Positions 1 through 34,791 of a DNA stretch of 64,000 nucleotides are shown piece after piece. The stretch's first letter is position 1; each line of letters begins with the position of its first letter. This DNA is from Chrysomallon squamiferum (taxonomy: Eukaryota; Animalia; Mollusca): assembly GCA_012295275.1 (NCBI GenBank), contig CM022678.1, positions 15,562,001-15,626,000 of the forward strand, given 5' to 3'. The notes under the pieces were generated by a model. That model had not been told where the DNA came from, ran no database searches, and saw only the letters and a program-made list of their open reading frames with translations. Made by a program: the position numbers and the translations under genes.

Positions 1-2
1 TC

Positions 3-248
3 GATTATAGGAAAGAACTGGAAGAGAAATACAGTGCCAACGCCCAGTCGAAAATTGATGAGGACTACAAGAGAACTCGGGATGATTTCTACAGGATGGA
101 ACTGGACAGAATGAGTGAATATCACCCTAGCAACCGTCCGCTTATGCGCCAAGCCTACTTCGCGTACCTGTCCAATACACCTGGTTCACGAAAAGCGATT
201 AAAAATATAATGAAAGAATATTCTAATAAGAAAACTGCCAAGGCGTAG
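3..248 (+). CDS. 3' end of an unidentified protein-coding gene (partial; terminal exon)
   Basis: GC-richer open frame DYRKELEEKYSANAQSKIDEDYKRTRDDFYRMELDRMSEYHPSNRPLMRQAYFAYLSNTPGSRKAIKNIMKEYSNKKTAKA ending TAG at 246-248, followed by AT-rich UTR-like sequence. The exon may start at 11 (ttatag|G). Family not recognised. Confidence 0.65.
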   Translation, partial: DYRKELEEKYSANAQSKIDEDYKRTRDDFYRMELDRMSEYHPSNRPLMRQAYFAYLSNTPGSRKAIKNIMKEYSNKKTAKA

Positions 249-455
249 GGAGCGAACATGTTATTTCCCCTGTTAAAAGCAGTATGGAGAAATCCAAAGA
301 GTATTATACATTCATATTTCTTAATTTTTAATTTATTTGTTTGTTTTATACTCTTATTTCTTTCTTAACCTGTTGTTGGCAATCGTTTACATAATTTATT
401 TCTAAAATTTTATTTCATTAAATCTCGTACTTGTTTCCAAAACAGCCCATGTTTA

Positions 456-456
<1 letters not shown>

Positions 457-521
<65 letters not shown>
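457..521. repeat. (AAT)n microsatellite
   Basis: Direct inspection. Confidence 0.95.
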
Positions 522-523
<2 letters not shown>

Positions 524-931
524 ATATGGTGATGATAATTATGATAATGATGAATATGATGATTGGAAATGATATGCCAAATCCAAAAACTAATTATTTA
601 TGGTTTATATTTACAATAATAGTAATTATATTATGTAAATTCATAAAACGATTTAAAAGTGTCTTGTTTTAGTTCGCCAAACAAAAAATGCATTTATATG
701 GATATAAATCTGGAAAGGTTTTGAAACAGTTCAACAGTAAAACACATTATTTGATAGGTAGAGTTCTTAGAAATACAAATAATATTTGGATTATGATCAG
801 AGAATAGACCTATCGGATACATTTACACATACAAGTGAGTAGCAGGAAAAATAAGATAATTAATTCAGTATGCCAGTTTGAGTTCTAATAAATGACTTGT
901 TTTAACTTTTGGACACCTTTGTATGCATGAT

Positions 932-935
<4 letters not shown>

Positions 936-1025
<90 letters not shown>
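936..1025. repeat. (GA)n microsatellite
   Basis: Direct inspection. Confidence 0.95.
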
Positions 1026-1028
<3 letters not shown>

Positions 1029-2688
1029 ACTTTCATTCTAAATTTCATTCTAAATTTCCTTGCTGTGAGTCACATTTGAAACTTGAATAATATGAACCTT
1101 CTTCCTCAGTATAATACCTATATCAATAACTTTTATCGATAGATATTAACGGTAAAGGACTTAAAACAGCGAAAAATTCCAGTCTAACTGTTCCTAATAA
1201 ATAATTATGTATGTACATACTTTCCTGGCATTTGTGTATCTTTAGCTCCGAAATTAGTGAAAGATATTCCATATTATTTTATTAAGGTCGCATTAAAATG
1301 TATTTGTCCGATTTGTAAATTCTGCTGTAGCCAGTATTTATTATTTCATTGAATTATTTTATTATCATGTATCGCTTTGATTAATGTTACGCTTTGGTTG
1401 ATAATAAAAGCGTTTCTGTGATAAGATTGTTATAATATAAATTATAAATAATTATACATATAAATAAATTACTTACTGAAATATGTTTGTGCATTTTTGT
1501 TTTATCTTTTTTTCTCTCTCTTTTAAATCATACGAGCAAAACTGAATTTGTTAGGATGAAAATGTAGTTTTGGTTGGATATATGTTCACGAACCGTAACT
1601 CTGTAAACATCGAAAAGAATACGTCTGCTCAATACCTAAATCATCCGAAGTTAAATAAGGACGAAACAATGTTAGGACCAGCGTTACTTTGTGTTCATTA
1701 GAGATACTTCTATTTTCATCAAACGACGAAAAAACATGCCAAGTTATAAACGATTTACAAACGTGGAATTTGCATTTACGTTAATCTCATGATACAAAAT
1801 GTGGCCGAAAAACTGGTAACTGGATGCATACAAAATGCTCATTCAAGTTTTTCTTCTTAAAATTAATAAACATTTTATTTCACCATTCCCTTTAGAACGT
1901 ACTGCTTGCACTAATATTTATTTATTTATTCAGTGGAATTCGTGTAGTATTTTTCTAGCTAATAAATAATGTACAAATGTCCTTTCATTTTCTGTCAGAA
2001 AGTGCAGAGTAAATCCTCCATTTAATAGTATATATGGCAACACTACTACCAATTTATTTTGTTGCTTTAAAAAAAAAAAAAAAAAAAAAAAAGTAAAAAC
2101 AAAACGCATTGTGTTCCTTCTTTTAAGGTCTACGTTATTTGATCAAGAAATCTCAATCACCTATGAATGCACTCCCTTTTAGAATATACTTTATTTAGCA
2201 ATAAAATGCCATAAAATACTATGCTCTTGGAATAAAAAAAAAAAAAAAAAAATTATATATATATATATATAAATCAGATGGAATTTTGAAAATATGACAG
2301 CTTTGCATTAGTATCCTTTATTATTATTATTTTTTTAAATTAATATTTGTCCTTATGTAAAATGACAGACTATGCAACCTAGAAAAAACTTGGTAACAGG
2401 GATGTTTTTTTTTTTTTTTTTTTTGTTACGACTAGTTTTAACAAAATTATGAATTTTAATTATTATGTCTATATTATATCATGTTAGCTGGGTTTGGGAA
2501 ACAAAACGGCCATCTTTTTGCATTCTGGCAAGTGTTTTGTATGACCTACACATTTGTTTAATACCACCAAAGGATTAGTTCTGATCACAATAACAAAGCA
2601 ATTTGGATTAAGAAGATTATAACTAAACAGAATGAATTGTCAGCCATCTTTTATTTTTTCACTATGTAACTAATGTACAATGTCTTTT

Positions 2689-11128
<8,440 letters not shown>

Positions 11129-11138
11129 TGTTATTATT

Positions 11139-11151
11139 GGGTAAAAGGAAG
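11139..11151 (-). promoter_or_regulatory. Pyrimidine-rich TCT/5'TOP-type transcription start of RPL11
   Basis: Minus strand CTTCCTTTTACCC begins 23 nt upstream of the RPL11 ATG, as is typical of ribosomal protein genes. Confidence 0.75.
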
Positions 11152-11512
11152 TGACGTTCGATTAGCAGTGTGGGCTGTGTGATAAACGCGACGATCATTC
11201 ATAATTTCAATAAATTAAGAAAATATATATCTATAGTTGAAAAGGAAGAGCGCTAAATACAGATATCCATAACAGAATGTGTTGTCAGAATTTTGTAAAG
11301 TGACAGAATTGTCTTTAAATCGTCTATTCGATTTAAATCATACTTTATATCCAAACGCGTTTTAATTTTTGGCCTTTTGCGGTAGATTATGTTATTGAAT
11401 AACTGTTCTATTTATATCACGTGACATATTCCGGCCTAGCAACATACGATCAGTTATTATTATTTTTCACGATAAATTTGTATTACTTGTTGATTTTTAT
11501 AATTTTACAAAA
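11152..11512. promoter_or_regulatory. Bidirectional promoter region RPL11/DRC1 with E-box (TCACGTGA 11417-11424) and RFX X-box-like half site (CCTAGCAAC 11435-11443)
   Basis: Head-to-head genes about 360 bp apart, CpG-containing; RFX sites are characteristic of ciliary gene promoters. Confidence 0.6.
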
Positions 11513-23699
<12,187 letters not shown>

Positions 23700-23884
23700 C
23701 AAATTCAGCAAAACTCTAAAACTGAACAAAACTGTTTATATACATTTTAATCCAGCATGAAAAGAGCAAAATAGGGTTTTATTTGGAGAATTTTTTTTTA
23801 TTTATTAACTTGAAACATAGTATAATTTGTTTACTTGAAAAAGAATTATAATTTATTTATTTTGTGATATATACCAACAGAAGA

Positions 23885-23890
23885 AATAAA
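23885..23890 (+). other. Candidate polyadenylation signal of DRC1
   Basis: AATAAA about 190 nt after the stop codon. Confidence 0.4.
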
Positions 23891-24159
23891 AAGATTTAAA
23901 AACATATATCTATGTTTTCAGTTGTTTAAAAATGTGAAAAAAATATATTTATTAATATTTGTAATATTTTATACTGAGATTTTAATTTTTAAATTTTTTA
24001 TATAATTGCAAAATAATAAAAATATGCATGAAAATAGATATATTAATTTAATTTAATTTAAATTTTATTTTATTTTATTTTATTTTTGTAATTTCTTTTG
24101 TTAGTTGGTATGAATGGTTTTTGTCTTGTTAATATTATTATTATTTTTAATGCATATGT

Positions 24160-25418
24160 CTGTATCAAACTGTAATACCTAACAAATCGTAATATCCCCA
24201 AATGTTTGGTATTAATAACAAAAGGTATAATTTATTTAAATCCTTCAAGAAAATTCGTATTTGATTTGGATTCTAAAATTTGATCTCGGTTAATCCAATG
24301 CTTCAGATAACTGTCTACATACATAATAATAATCACCTCTTTCTATCGTATTTTATGCTTTGAATGGAAAACGTCATTTCCTTGACCACCGACAGTCTCA
24401 TTTCCTAGACGACAATTACGTCATTCAGAAATTATTTTGAATATAATTTATGGGTAAAACATGATAGTTTCACAATATTCACTAATTTGTTTTTTATTTT
24501 ATTTCATTTTATTTTTTATTTTTATTTTTTATTGTAATATTATGTAAGATGTCAAATGTTTTGTAGAATATGCTAAACATTTTTAAAGACATTTCTTCTA
24601 AGATTGTGTTTTTAATAACAGACTGCAGAGTGGAGTATCCAAGGTGTTAAATTTCGTTTTTCCCGCGGAAAATAATGATTAGGTTTTCTTTGAAATTGTG
24701 AATTAGGTATTTAAACGAATACTTTTAAAGATTAAGTTCCATGTTCTTAAGATAGGTTTCTCTATAGAAATAAAGGCTTAAAAGTTAAAATAAAGTTATG
24801 TGCAGAAATAAACTCATTACGCTGGCATGCACGACATGGCTGTAAAACTGCGTATCCTTGAATCGTCCACAGCGAGTAAATTCGTCTGCACAACACGTCT
24901 GGCTTGCACGAAATACGAGACCGTGAGATTTTGAGTTCCTGGGCTGGAGTAAAACTCGAAAACTTTTGTTTCTGCAATTCTTGTGTATATAATATCTAGA
25001 TTACGAATATTTACTTTTTTTCTTCTTCTTCTTCTTTTTTTTTTTTTTTTTTTTCTTTTACACGGCATATCTAGAGAAGAATGGTTAATTATTATAATTA
25101 GAACCAGTTAATCTTTCAAATTGTGAATTAGCTATTTAAACGAAACGAACACATATTTCTGCTAAGACTAAATTAAATTTGATCGTTATCTTTGCTGTCA
25201 TATCTCCTCTCTTCATATATTACTAGTTATTTATTTCAGTCATTTGACATTAACTGCAGAACAAATGGAAATCGTTTTAATTTCTATTACATTAATATTT
25301 TATTTATTTATTTATGTATTTTTTAATTATTATTATTCATAAATATCACTGCATTTTTAGCAATTTAGACAAAGCAATTTTTACATTATTTGATACATTA
25401 TTTATGGTGATGTTTAAA

Positions 25419-25462
<44 letters not shown>

Positions 25463-26021
25463 TTTTTTTTTTTTTGATACGTGTCTCTGTTTCTAACTGT
25501 AATACCAAATAAATTGTAATGTTCCCAAACAATTGTTTGCTCTTAATAACAAAAGGTATAATTTATTTAAAACCTTTAAGAGATTTCATATTTGATTCTA
25601 AAATTCGATCTTGATTAATCGAATGCTTCAGATGGTTATGGCCCGCGAAGTCGACAATATCTATAAATGATCTTAAAATTGTGTCTGCTTAGTGGGACAA
25701 GCTGAAATGTACCAGTGAGGATCTGTCGATGTCCCGGGATTCATTAATTGTGTTTTACCTGGTTGACGGTGTGCGCAGTCAAAAGGTAACAACGAGATGA
25801 TACTGTACCGCAGCTATTACTACTACTGCTACTATTACTACAATTCAGTTTCAGTTCAGTTTATTTATTAGACCAAGTCAGCATGACTATAAACACAAAA
25901 CAGACAAGAATACAGTTATAAAACAAAAACAGTTGTGTAATACGTTACAGTATACAAACACAGGAATACAAAAAAATAATAAAGTAAGAATTAGGGTAAT
26001 AAAAATATAAACATATAGTTG

Positions 26022-26066
<45 letters not shown>

Positions 26067-27060
26067 GTTACAAACGGTCTACATACATAATACTAATCAC
26101 CTTTTTCTATCGTATTTTATTCTTTGAATGGAAAACGTCATTTCCTTGACTACTGACAATCTTATTTGCTTGACGACAATTATATCATTCAGAAATTATT
26201 TTGAATATAACTTAATTGTAAAATGTGATAGTTTCACAATATAATTTTTCTTTCTCTTTTTCATTATTTTCATTTTTTTTTTTTTTTAATTCTGATATTA
26301 TTGAAGAAGTTAGATGTTTTTATAGTAGAAGTTGAACATTTTTAAAGACATTTCTTCTAAGATTGTGTTTTTTTATAACAGAATAGCAGAGTGGAGTATC
26401 CAAGGTGTTAAAATTCTTTTTTTCCCACGGACAATGTGATTAGGTTTTCGCGCCATTTCAAGTTTCAGCAATGTCAAAACACGTTAGTAACTCTACTGTA
26501 GCGTAAAGTTTAGTCGGTTTCAGATAGTTATGCTTTATGAAAATGAATACTTTAAAGATTATGTACTGACTTATGTTCTTAAGATATGTTTCTCTATAAA
26601 AATAAAGGCTTTAAAAATTAAAATAAAGTTACGTGCAGAAATGAACTCAGTCCTCGTCTGCACAACACGTCTGGCTTGCACGAAATACGAGACCGTGAGA
26701 TGTTTGAGTCCCTGGGCTGGAGTAAAATCTTATAAACTTTTGTTATAAACATATTTCTGCTAAGACTAAATTAAATTTGATCGTTCTCTTGGCTGGCGTA
26801 TCTCCTATCGTCATATATTACTAGATATTTATTTCAATCATTTGAAAATAACTGCAGAATGAACGGAAATCTCTGACAAGCATGAAATACATATATTTTT
26901 TGTCCGTGTCACCTACACAATAAAAAAAGGATGTTCGGAAAACTGTTCTTTATTTGAAACAGCCGTTTCTATTTCTATTACATTATTATTATTATTATTA
27001 TTATTATTGCATAAAAATCACTGCATTTTTAGCAGTTTAGACAATGAAATTTAATATTAA
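24160..27060. repeat. Intergenic tandem segmental duplication (copy 1 ~24160-25400; copy 2 ~25485-27060)
   Basis: Colinear shared blocks such as ataacaaaaggtataatttatttaaa, tgaatggaaaacgtcatttccttgac, gcagagtggagtatccaaggtgttaa, cgtctgcacaacacgtctggcttgcacgaaatacgagaccgtgaga, atatttctgctaagactaaattaaatttgatcg. Confidence 0.9.
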
Positions 27061-27198
27061 TTTAGGCTGATGTTTAAAAGTATTTGTCTTTTATTTATAT
27101 TATTTACTTACTCAGATTTTTAATGATTATTATTATTATTTCAGGTTTTTCTATTTAAATTATTTTTTTTAAAACTAATACTGATTATAATACAACAT

Positions 27199-27237
<39 letters not shown>

Positions 27238-27805
27238 TTTTAAACCAATACCGATTAATAAGCAACAACAAAGTTTTTTTTTCTTTATTGCTTTCTTTCT
27301 TTATTTCTTTCCGTTTATTTATTTATTTATATATTTTTAAACCAACAGCGATTAATATGCAAAACATTTTTATTTTTATTTTTTTATTTTTATTTTCTTA
27401 AGTTTACTTAATTATAGCTCCCCCTCTTTCGAAAATACTAGATCTTTCTCTGAATGACATGTACGTGTATCAAATAACATGACTACCTTGAAATGTTAAA
27501 TACATCATATATCGCACCTGCTGGCTTGTCTGATTTACATAAACTGTTTCAGTTACGCTGTGTCCCAGGTTAAACTGTCCGCGTTAGGGGCAGAGAATTA
27601 CTTTCTAACAGTGAGTGCAAGTACGCCTGTAATGGATAGTCTGAAGTACGCCTGAAATATTTTACATCGTATCACAATTGCTCGACTTAAAATAGATCAC
27701 TAACAGGGAAATATAAAGTTCGACATTAATGGGAAATGATTAATTATTCAAATGGTTTGTAACGTTGTATTTTCTAGTCTAGTTGTTCTTTGTAGGTAGG
27801 TAAGC

Positions 27806-27909
<104 letters not shown>

Positions 27910-29109
27910 AGCCCCCGTGTGTTTGTATGTGTGTGTGTAATATATATGTAAATATAACTTGTTCTTCATTAAAACCTGCTTTATATTTTCCGTTTATTAT
28001 TTTTATTTTTTTTATTTTTTTACGTTTTTTACTTCTTTTAAAAAAAAAAAAAAAATTGGTTCTTGTTGTTATTTAGATTCTGTTATTGAAATTTTTATTT
28101 TGTCTGTATTATTTTACAGTGTTGCACTTTATGAATGTAAATTTTAGTATATTTAACTTACCTGTGATAACAAATAAATAAATAAATAAATAATATATTA
28201 TTGCATATTTCTCCTTTCGTATTAACCAAAGAGAGGAAAAGAATGATGGACGCCATCTGTTAAAGAGAAGTACAGATAAAAAGATAATTAATTAAGCAGC
28301 ATACAGTCTCTATGTTACATTACGTGAATTGACCTAATTTGTATATAACAATCACATGGTTTTTATTTAATAAACTAATTCTGAAAACCGCGGCTTGAAC
28401 AGGAACAGACTTATATCGTGATCCGTAGATTACGTTGACAAAACTAGCGGAGGTGTCACTTACTTGCTTAAGTCGGAAAGGTTAGGTAAAGAAAACAACA
28501 ACAAAAAACTCTGAAATAATTAAGTTCTGCATTCAAGTGGTTGGATTATAAGCGTATATGTATATGTGAGTTTTTATGTTTTATTTTTTATTTTTGTTTG
28601 TTTTCCTTTTCTGTTTTAATTTATATTTGTAAATATACCAGCCATTTTCACATAATATGCATGTTTAGACAGAACAAAGTACTTTGCTCTATGAATCACC
28701 TGGTGAATAAAAAAAAAAAAATATCAGTTTAAAAAATCATTATTTTAACAAAATGTATATATAGTGAAGTGTAACTCAGTTGTTATAATGTAGGTCTGAG
28801 CTAGCATACGTAATAAAATCAATAATATACTATCATGGACAATTTTCTACATTTAAAAAAAAATGTTGTTATTGCTGCTACTCCTATTACTATTACCACA
28901 ACTGACGGCAATTATTTTTATATTTCAGTAACATATGGCGTAGCAGCAGCAGCAGCAGCAGCAGCAGTAGGACTAATAGCAATTGTATTAGTTGTAGAAG
29001 TAATCATAGTCGTAGTCGTAGTAGGAGTAGTAGTCGTGAAAGTAGCGGTATTCGTAATAGTAGTAGTAATAGTCATATCAGTAGTAGTAGTAGTAGTAGT
29101 TGTTATAGT

Positions 29110-29165
<56 letters not shown>

Positions 29166-29983
29166 TTGGTTCGGATTAGATCCGCACATTTAACTGAAAC
29201 TTTAGAAAGGGAAAAAAAACAATTAAAGAATTAACTGTAGGGCTTACGCAGAAAAAACACAGGTACAAAAATCACATACATAAATCACAAATAGGCAAAC
29301 AGTGCAGGTTAAATCTGTTAATTTTTAATGAACAACAAACAAAAAATTCTTTCTAAATTAGTGTTTGACATAATCAATTTGCTGTAACATAAACCCTGGG
29401 CTGGTTCGAAAAATTTACATATTCTTTCCATTATGTGTATATAACAGACGTTCATAAATAGAAATGTCATCATAGATACCGATACGAAAGAAAAAAGAAA
29501 GAAAAAGAAAGAGAGCTAAAAAAAAAGACAACGTTGTTTGGTAAATAGGATTAACGCATTTGCTGGCTAGTAATTTCTGGATATACTCTGTCCACTTACA
29601 TGAGTGGATGCAGTTGTGAATGCGTAAATAAAATAATCTCTCGGTGGTTTAAATTAAACATTATTGATCAAAGTGTTTAACATTTCAGCAATGTAAAACA
29701 CGTCGCGTTATTTTGGTTAAAGTGACATGGAAACTTCAAACAATCTCGAGACGAGGTCAAACTGTTGTGTTCGAGGTCATAATTAACGTGAAATGTAACA
29801 CTTTTAGCTCCGACTAAGGATATTATTTATTTGTTCTGTTAACTAATTTGTGCAGTTTAAAATACTTATATTTCTACATATCTGATGTTCCCACAACATG
29901 TGTTTTCATAGACCAAGAGACTGAAATGGTATTGTTTAATTATTCGTTTAATTTTTGACTTATTTATTTATTATTGTTGTTAC

Positions 29984-30036
<53 letters not shown>

Positions 30037-30652
30037 GTATGAGTATTATTATTATAAAAATAAATATTAGTTTATGTCTTTTTTTGGACAAAACTAAACC
30101 CATTATAGGCAATAATAAGCGTTTTTAAGTGACATATCATATGTCACAGGCTGTTTATAAAATGTGTTATTAATTCCACTCTGTTATAAGGTACATATAA
30201 AAGATGCCTTGTTGCTAACTCAAAAACAATGTCTTAATTACTCACTTATAACATGTATCACGTTACATGTTGTTGCATTGAAATGAGTTCTTAAATCGTT
30301 TCTTTTTGAGTTTAAAAGTGATATTTTGACAGTGACATCTTTTCTGTTTGCCATGATAGGTATCTGAGAATAATTTTAAAGTATATTATATATGTCTGTG
30401 TGTGTGTTACCTATAGTTAATAAATTAAAATATGTTCGTTGTTTCTAACAGACATTTTTTTTTTTTTTTTTTCCCGTAGAAATGTTAGGAAAGAATTTGA
30501 TGACTTCAAATGACCAGTGAAGCCATATATAAAGCAGACTTTCTTTTTCTTTTCTTCTTCTTCTTCTTTTTTAGTTTTTTAATTATTAGTTTGATTATTT
30601 CAGTGATTTGTAACAGACCGCATAACGGAGGAGTAGGGGAGACAACTAAAGA

Positions 30653-30995
30653 ATGTGTTCAGAAATGATCAATTTATTGATTTATTTTTTATTGATACTG
30701 ATACCAGCAGAAATGCTTAAAGGTAATTATTTATTTATTTTAGTTACTTTTTACTCGTTTTTTTTCATTACAGTATATACTATAATAAATATATTTTATA
30801 TTAAGTTAAATTTCGATCAAGGATTTGCTATAATTTTTAATCATTAACGATAATATTTGATTAACTTGATTTCAATGGATTAATTAATAATGATTTTAAA
30901 AAAATATATATATTATTTGATGTGTGTGTGTGTCTGTGTGTGTGTCTGTGTGTGTGTGTGAGTGTGTGTGTGTGAGTGTGCTATTACGTCTTCTT

Positions 30996-31026
<31 letters not shown>

Positions 31027-31344
31027 TTATTATTATTATTATCATCTTCTTCTTCTTTTAATTTCCAGTAGAACCACCTAACATAATTACACCACATATG
31101 AAAAACCTGATATACATTGATGAAAATGGCGCCCGTGACAATAAAAGAAAGATGATACCCTGCGTAGCTACTGGCAGCCCACAACCCACGTAATTTAAAT
31201 TTATTTTCATTGCAGCTAATAAACATTAGTTAAAGTTTACTTACAGTTAATGGGAAAGTCACTCGTACTCTTTACTTAATTTTATTTTATTTAATTTTTT
31301 TATTTTATTTTATTTTTTTTTATTTATTTATTTTTATTTATTTA

Positions 31345-31383
<39 letters not shown>

Positions 31384-32341
31384 CATTAAAAATAACTAGC
31401 TGATCTGTGTTCACAGTGGTTTGCTGTTTGTTTCTGCTTTTTCCTTTTTTCATTTGTTTACTTTAAATTAATTTTCAGTTTTGAACCGTAACTGACAAAG
31501 AAAGTAAGAGAGAACTTATTAAAGATAATGATAATATGTAATTTATAAATAAACTTGTTTTTATTTTTTATTTGAATGTAGGTATTCCTGGTTACGTAAT
31601 AACAATGAAATCAACCCGGGTGGGACGGACGTAAGTTATGACCAGAGTACGGGAAATCTAACCATACGTAACTTCAACGAAAACCAAGAGGGAGACTACG
31701 TTTGTGTTGCTATGAGCAACATAAATGGAATGGTTGTAAAGACAATGTCACCAACAACAAAGATAATTTATTCAAGTAATAACTGTTTACTTCGCCACCA
31801 TAAAGTTATTTTTTAGAGTAATATTTGTTTTTTTTTTAAATTTATTTAGATCGCTACTATAAAGTTAATTTTTTTCAAGTAATTTATGTTTCATTTGTTT
31901 ATTACTATTATTTTTTTTAATATAATACGCAGCATTAAAATTTCGCTACCTATAAAATTATTTCTTTCAGGTAATAGCTATTTATGACGCCACTTTGAAG
32001 TTAATTATTTCAGTTAATAACTGTTTATTTCTCAAGTCTGTAAATCAGTTCTTTCAAGTAATAATTGATTTCTTCACTATAAATGTTTTTATAGATTAAT
32101 AGTTGGTTATTGCACAATTATAAAGTTAATTCTTTCAAAAAATGGTAGTTTATTTAGGCATTATAAAGTTAATTCTAATTCTTTTAAGTATTAAGTGGGT
32201 TTTTTTTTGTCTTTTTACTTTATTATTATTATTATTATTATTATTTTGTATCATTCATAACAAATATATCTTTTCTATTAATATTATTGTTTGTTTCACG
32301 ACTAAAAAATATTTCAAATAATAGTTACTTATATCGCCACC

Positions 32342-32372
<31 letters not shown>

Positions 32373-33296
32373 TGTATATAAACACTCAGAACGTTTTAAA
32401 ATCAGTTAAAGATCTGGAATACTCAGTTGTTGTCTTTTAAAAATCAACAAAAATAAATTTTGTAAACCAAAATTACTTAAAAAGAAATAATCTATTTAAC
32501 GTATCTGTGTACTGCATGGCAATGTTTTTAAATAAAGAAAACGTCTCTAACAATTATCCTCCATGTTCTAATCAAATATCACAATGGTTTTCGTTTTGAT
32601 AGTCGTGAAACTATGTAATGCATACACGATCTGCAAGTCAGCTTAAGTTAGTTCCAGTTGTCCAGAAATTGTTAGTTTTACTGAAATTGTTTCTGTTTTT
32701 CCAGGAATTTGTATTTTTTCTAAAATGCCTAAAATTACGAAAGAAGTAGACGCAGGTCACTATATTTCAGTCGGGTGTAACTACGTGTCTAGAGGTAAAC
32801 CAGCCGGACAGTTCATGTGGTATTGGCATGTTTCTGGTACAGTAACGGAGATAAAAAACAACGAGCGGATCTTTGGTGATTCAGAAGGTATTGATTCTGC
32901 TAATACTGTAATTAGGTTTCTCACTAGGTTGATACTGTTTTTTGGAATATAACAATACGTTATTTTATATCGCAAACAGTTAATATCATTCGTAGGCATT
33001 GCGATAACAAACGTATCGTGCCACCTCATATAACATTACAACAAAGGTAAGATGCGACATCATAAAGGAAATGTGTAATACGCAATCTTTTACAAAGGAA
33101 TTGTACATGTCACAGATATGATGGCAAATGCGTATAGATGAAACGCAATATTTTTGTTATTGGTTGAGTAGATAAATAAATTCAGCCCAACTGAATTTTT
33201 ATTATTTTATTATATTTTTAGACAGTTTTTCATTATTATCTAGTTATTAAAATGATATCTGATTATATTAAGAATGTGATAGTATATCTAGATGTA

Positions 33297-33334
<38 letters not shown>

Positions 33335-33344
33335 ATACTACTAC

Positions 33345-33400
<56 letters not shown>

Positions 33401-34759
33401 CTTTTATTAACAACTGTTATTATTTAGTAGCGTTTGCTGATAAAAATATGTTATTACACCACAAACCAAGTTAGGAAGTATAACTCAGATGTTGTATAAC
33501 TTGCAGGCAGTCTACACTTTGCCTACCTGGAGAAGACAGATAATAATAAAACTTGTGCATGTGCTATATACAATGGAGAAAATAGTAGAATTACCACTAA
33601 CGGGAGAAAGATAACGCTTAAAGTGAAATCAGCTGGTAAGGATACAGAAACAAAATTGTAAAATAAATCAATATAATAAAAATAAAAGAAATTTAAATAA
33701 AATTATATAAAATTAAATTAATATAATAATAAATAATAAAAACATTTTAATGTGTTTTTGTGGAAATGTGATAAAATAAACGAAATATTTTCTGTATTTA
33801 TCTACGTTTTTTTTTTTTTATTTTTTTTTTTTTAGCTCTTGCGTACATAATATGAAAATTATAACAAGAAAAGAGTATAGTTTAGAAATATCTGGGGTTG
33901 CTATGTTTCTGTAGCCGTGACGTCATCATGGCTTCTTCTTAAGTCAGAAAATGCAAGGTGTTTTTTTCATAATGACGTATGTTCTCAGTATGATACTAGC
34001 GTCCCTCTGGAGATGTCAATATATAACCAACCCCTAGTTGACTGACTGTTTGGCAAATTACGAAATGAAAAAAGATCACAAAGTTGTGGCAAGAATATTT
34101 TCTGTATGACTGTTCACAAGTATCTGTTACATGTTGATTTACTTAAATAATTTGTTTTTGCTTGTCAGTGAATCTTGCAGTGTTTGTTTTTGTTTGTTAT
34201 TTTTTGTTTTGTTGTTTCTGTTTTTTGTTGTTGTTTTCTTTAATGAACCTTATAATTTTATATTCATTTTTTACAACGTGCTAATGTCACAGTATTGGGC
34301 TAAACCTATGTGGCTGTTTCTGGTTTATTTGCTTGATATATTCTCAGACTGGAATATACTTAATTGTTTCAGCGGACAAAATCCCTGAGTCTAAACCTGA
34401 ATCTCAGTACAAAACGCTCAAAGGCAGAGGCTTTTTGCGAGGAAAAACAACTTTGGAGTGCTTCTTTAGTGGAAAGTAATGATACGTTGTAAACTGCACT
34501 GGTTACCATGCACATTTCACAAATTCACAAAATCTTTTGCAAGTTTGAATTTTAAAAACTTTTTGTTTTTTTTACTAAATATACTATAACTAAACCAACA
34601 CACACTAAAATAAACACGAACAATAAACAAACAAGCAATCAAACAATAAATAACACAACTATACAAACAAGAATAAAATAAATAAATATAAAAAAATAAA
34701 AAAATAATAAATTGGTAAAGCAACAGTGCTTTCAAAAGCCTTGTAAACAGCTTATTATT

Positions 34760-34791
<32 letters not shown>

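Noticed and set aside
27480-27740. GC-richer island with a repeated aagtacgcctg motif upstream of paralog A
   Set aside because: Could be an enhancer or transposon remnant, but nothing diagnostic is visible.
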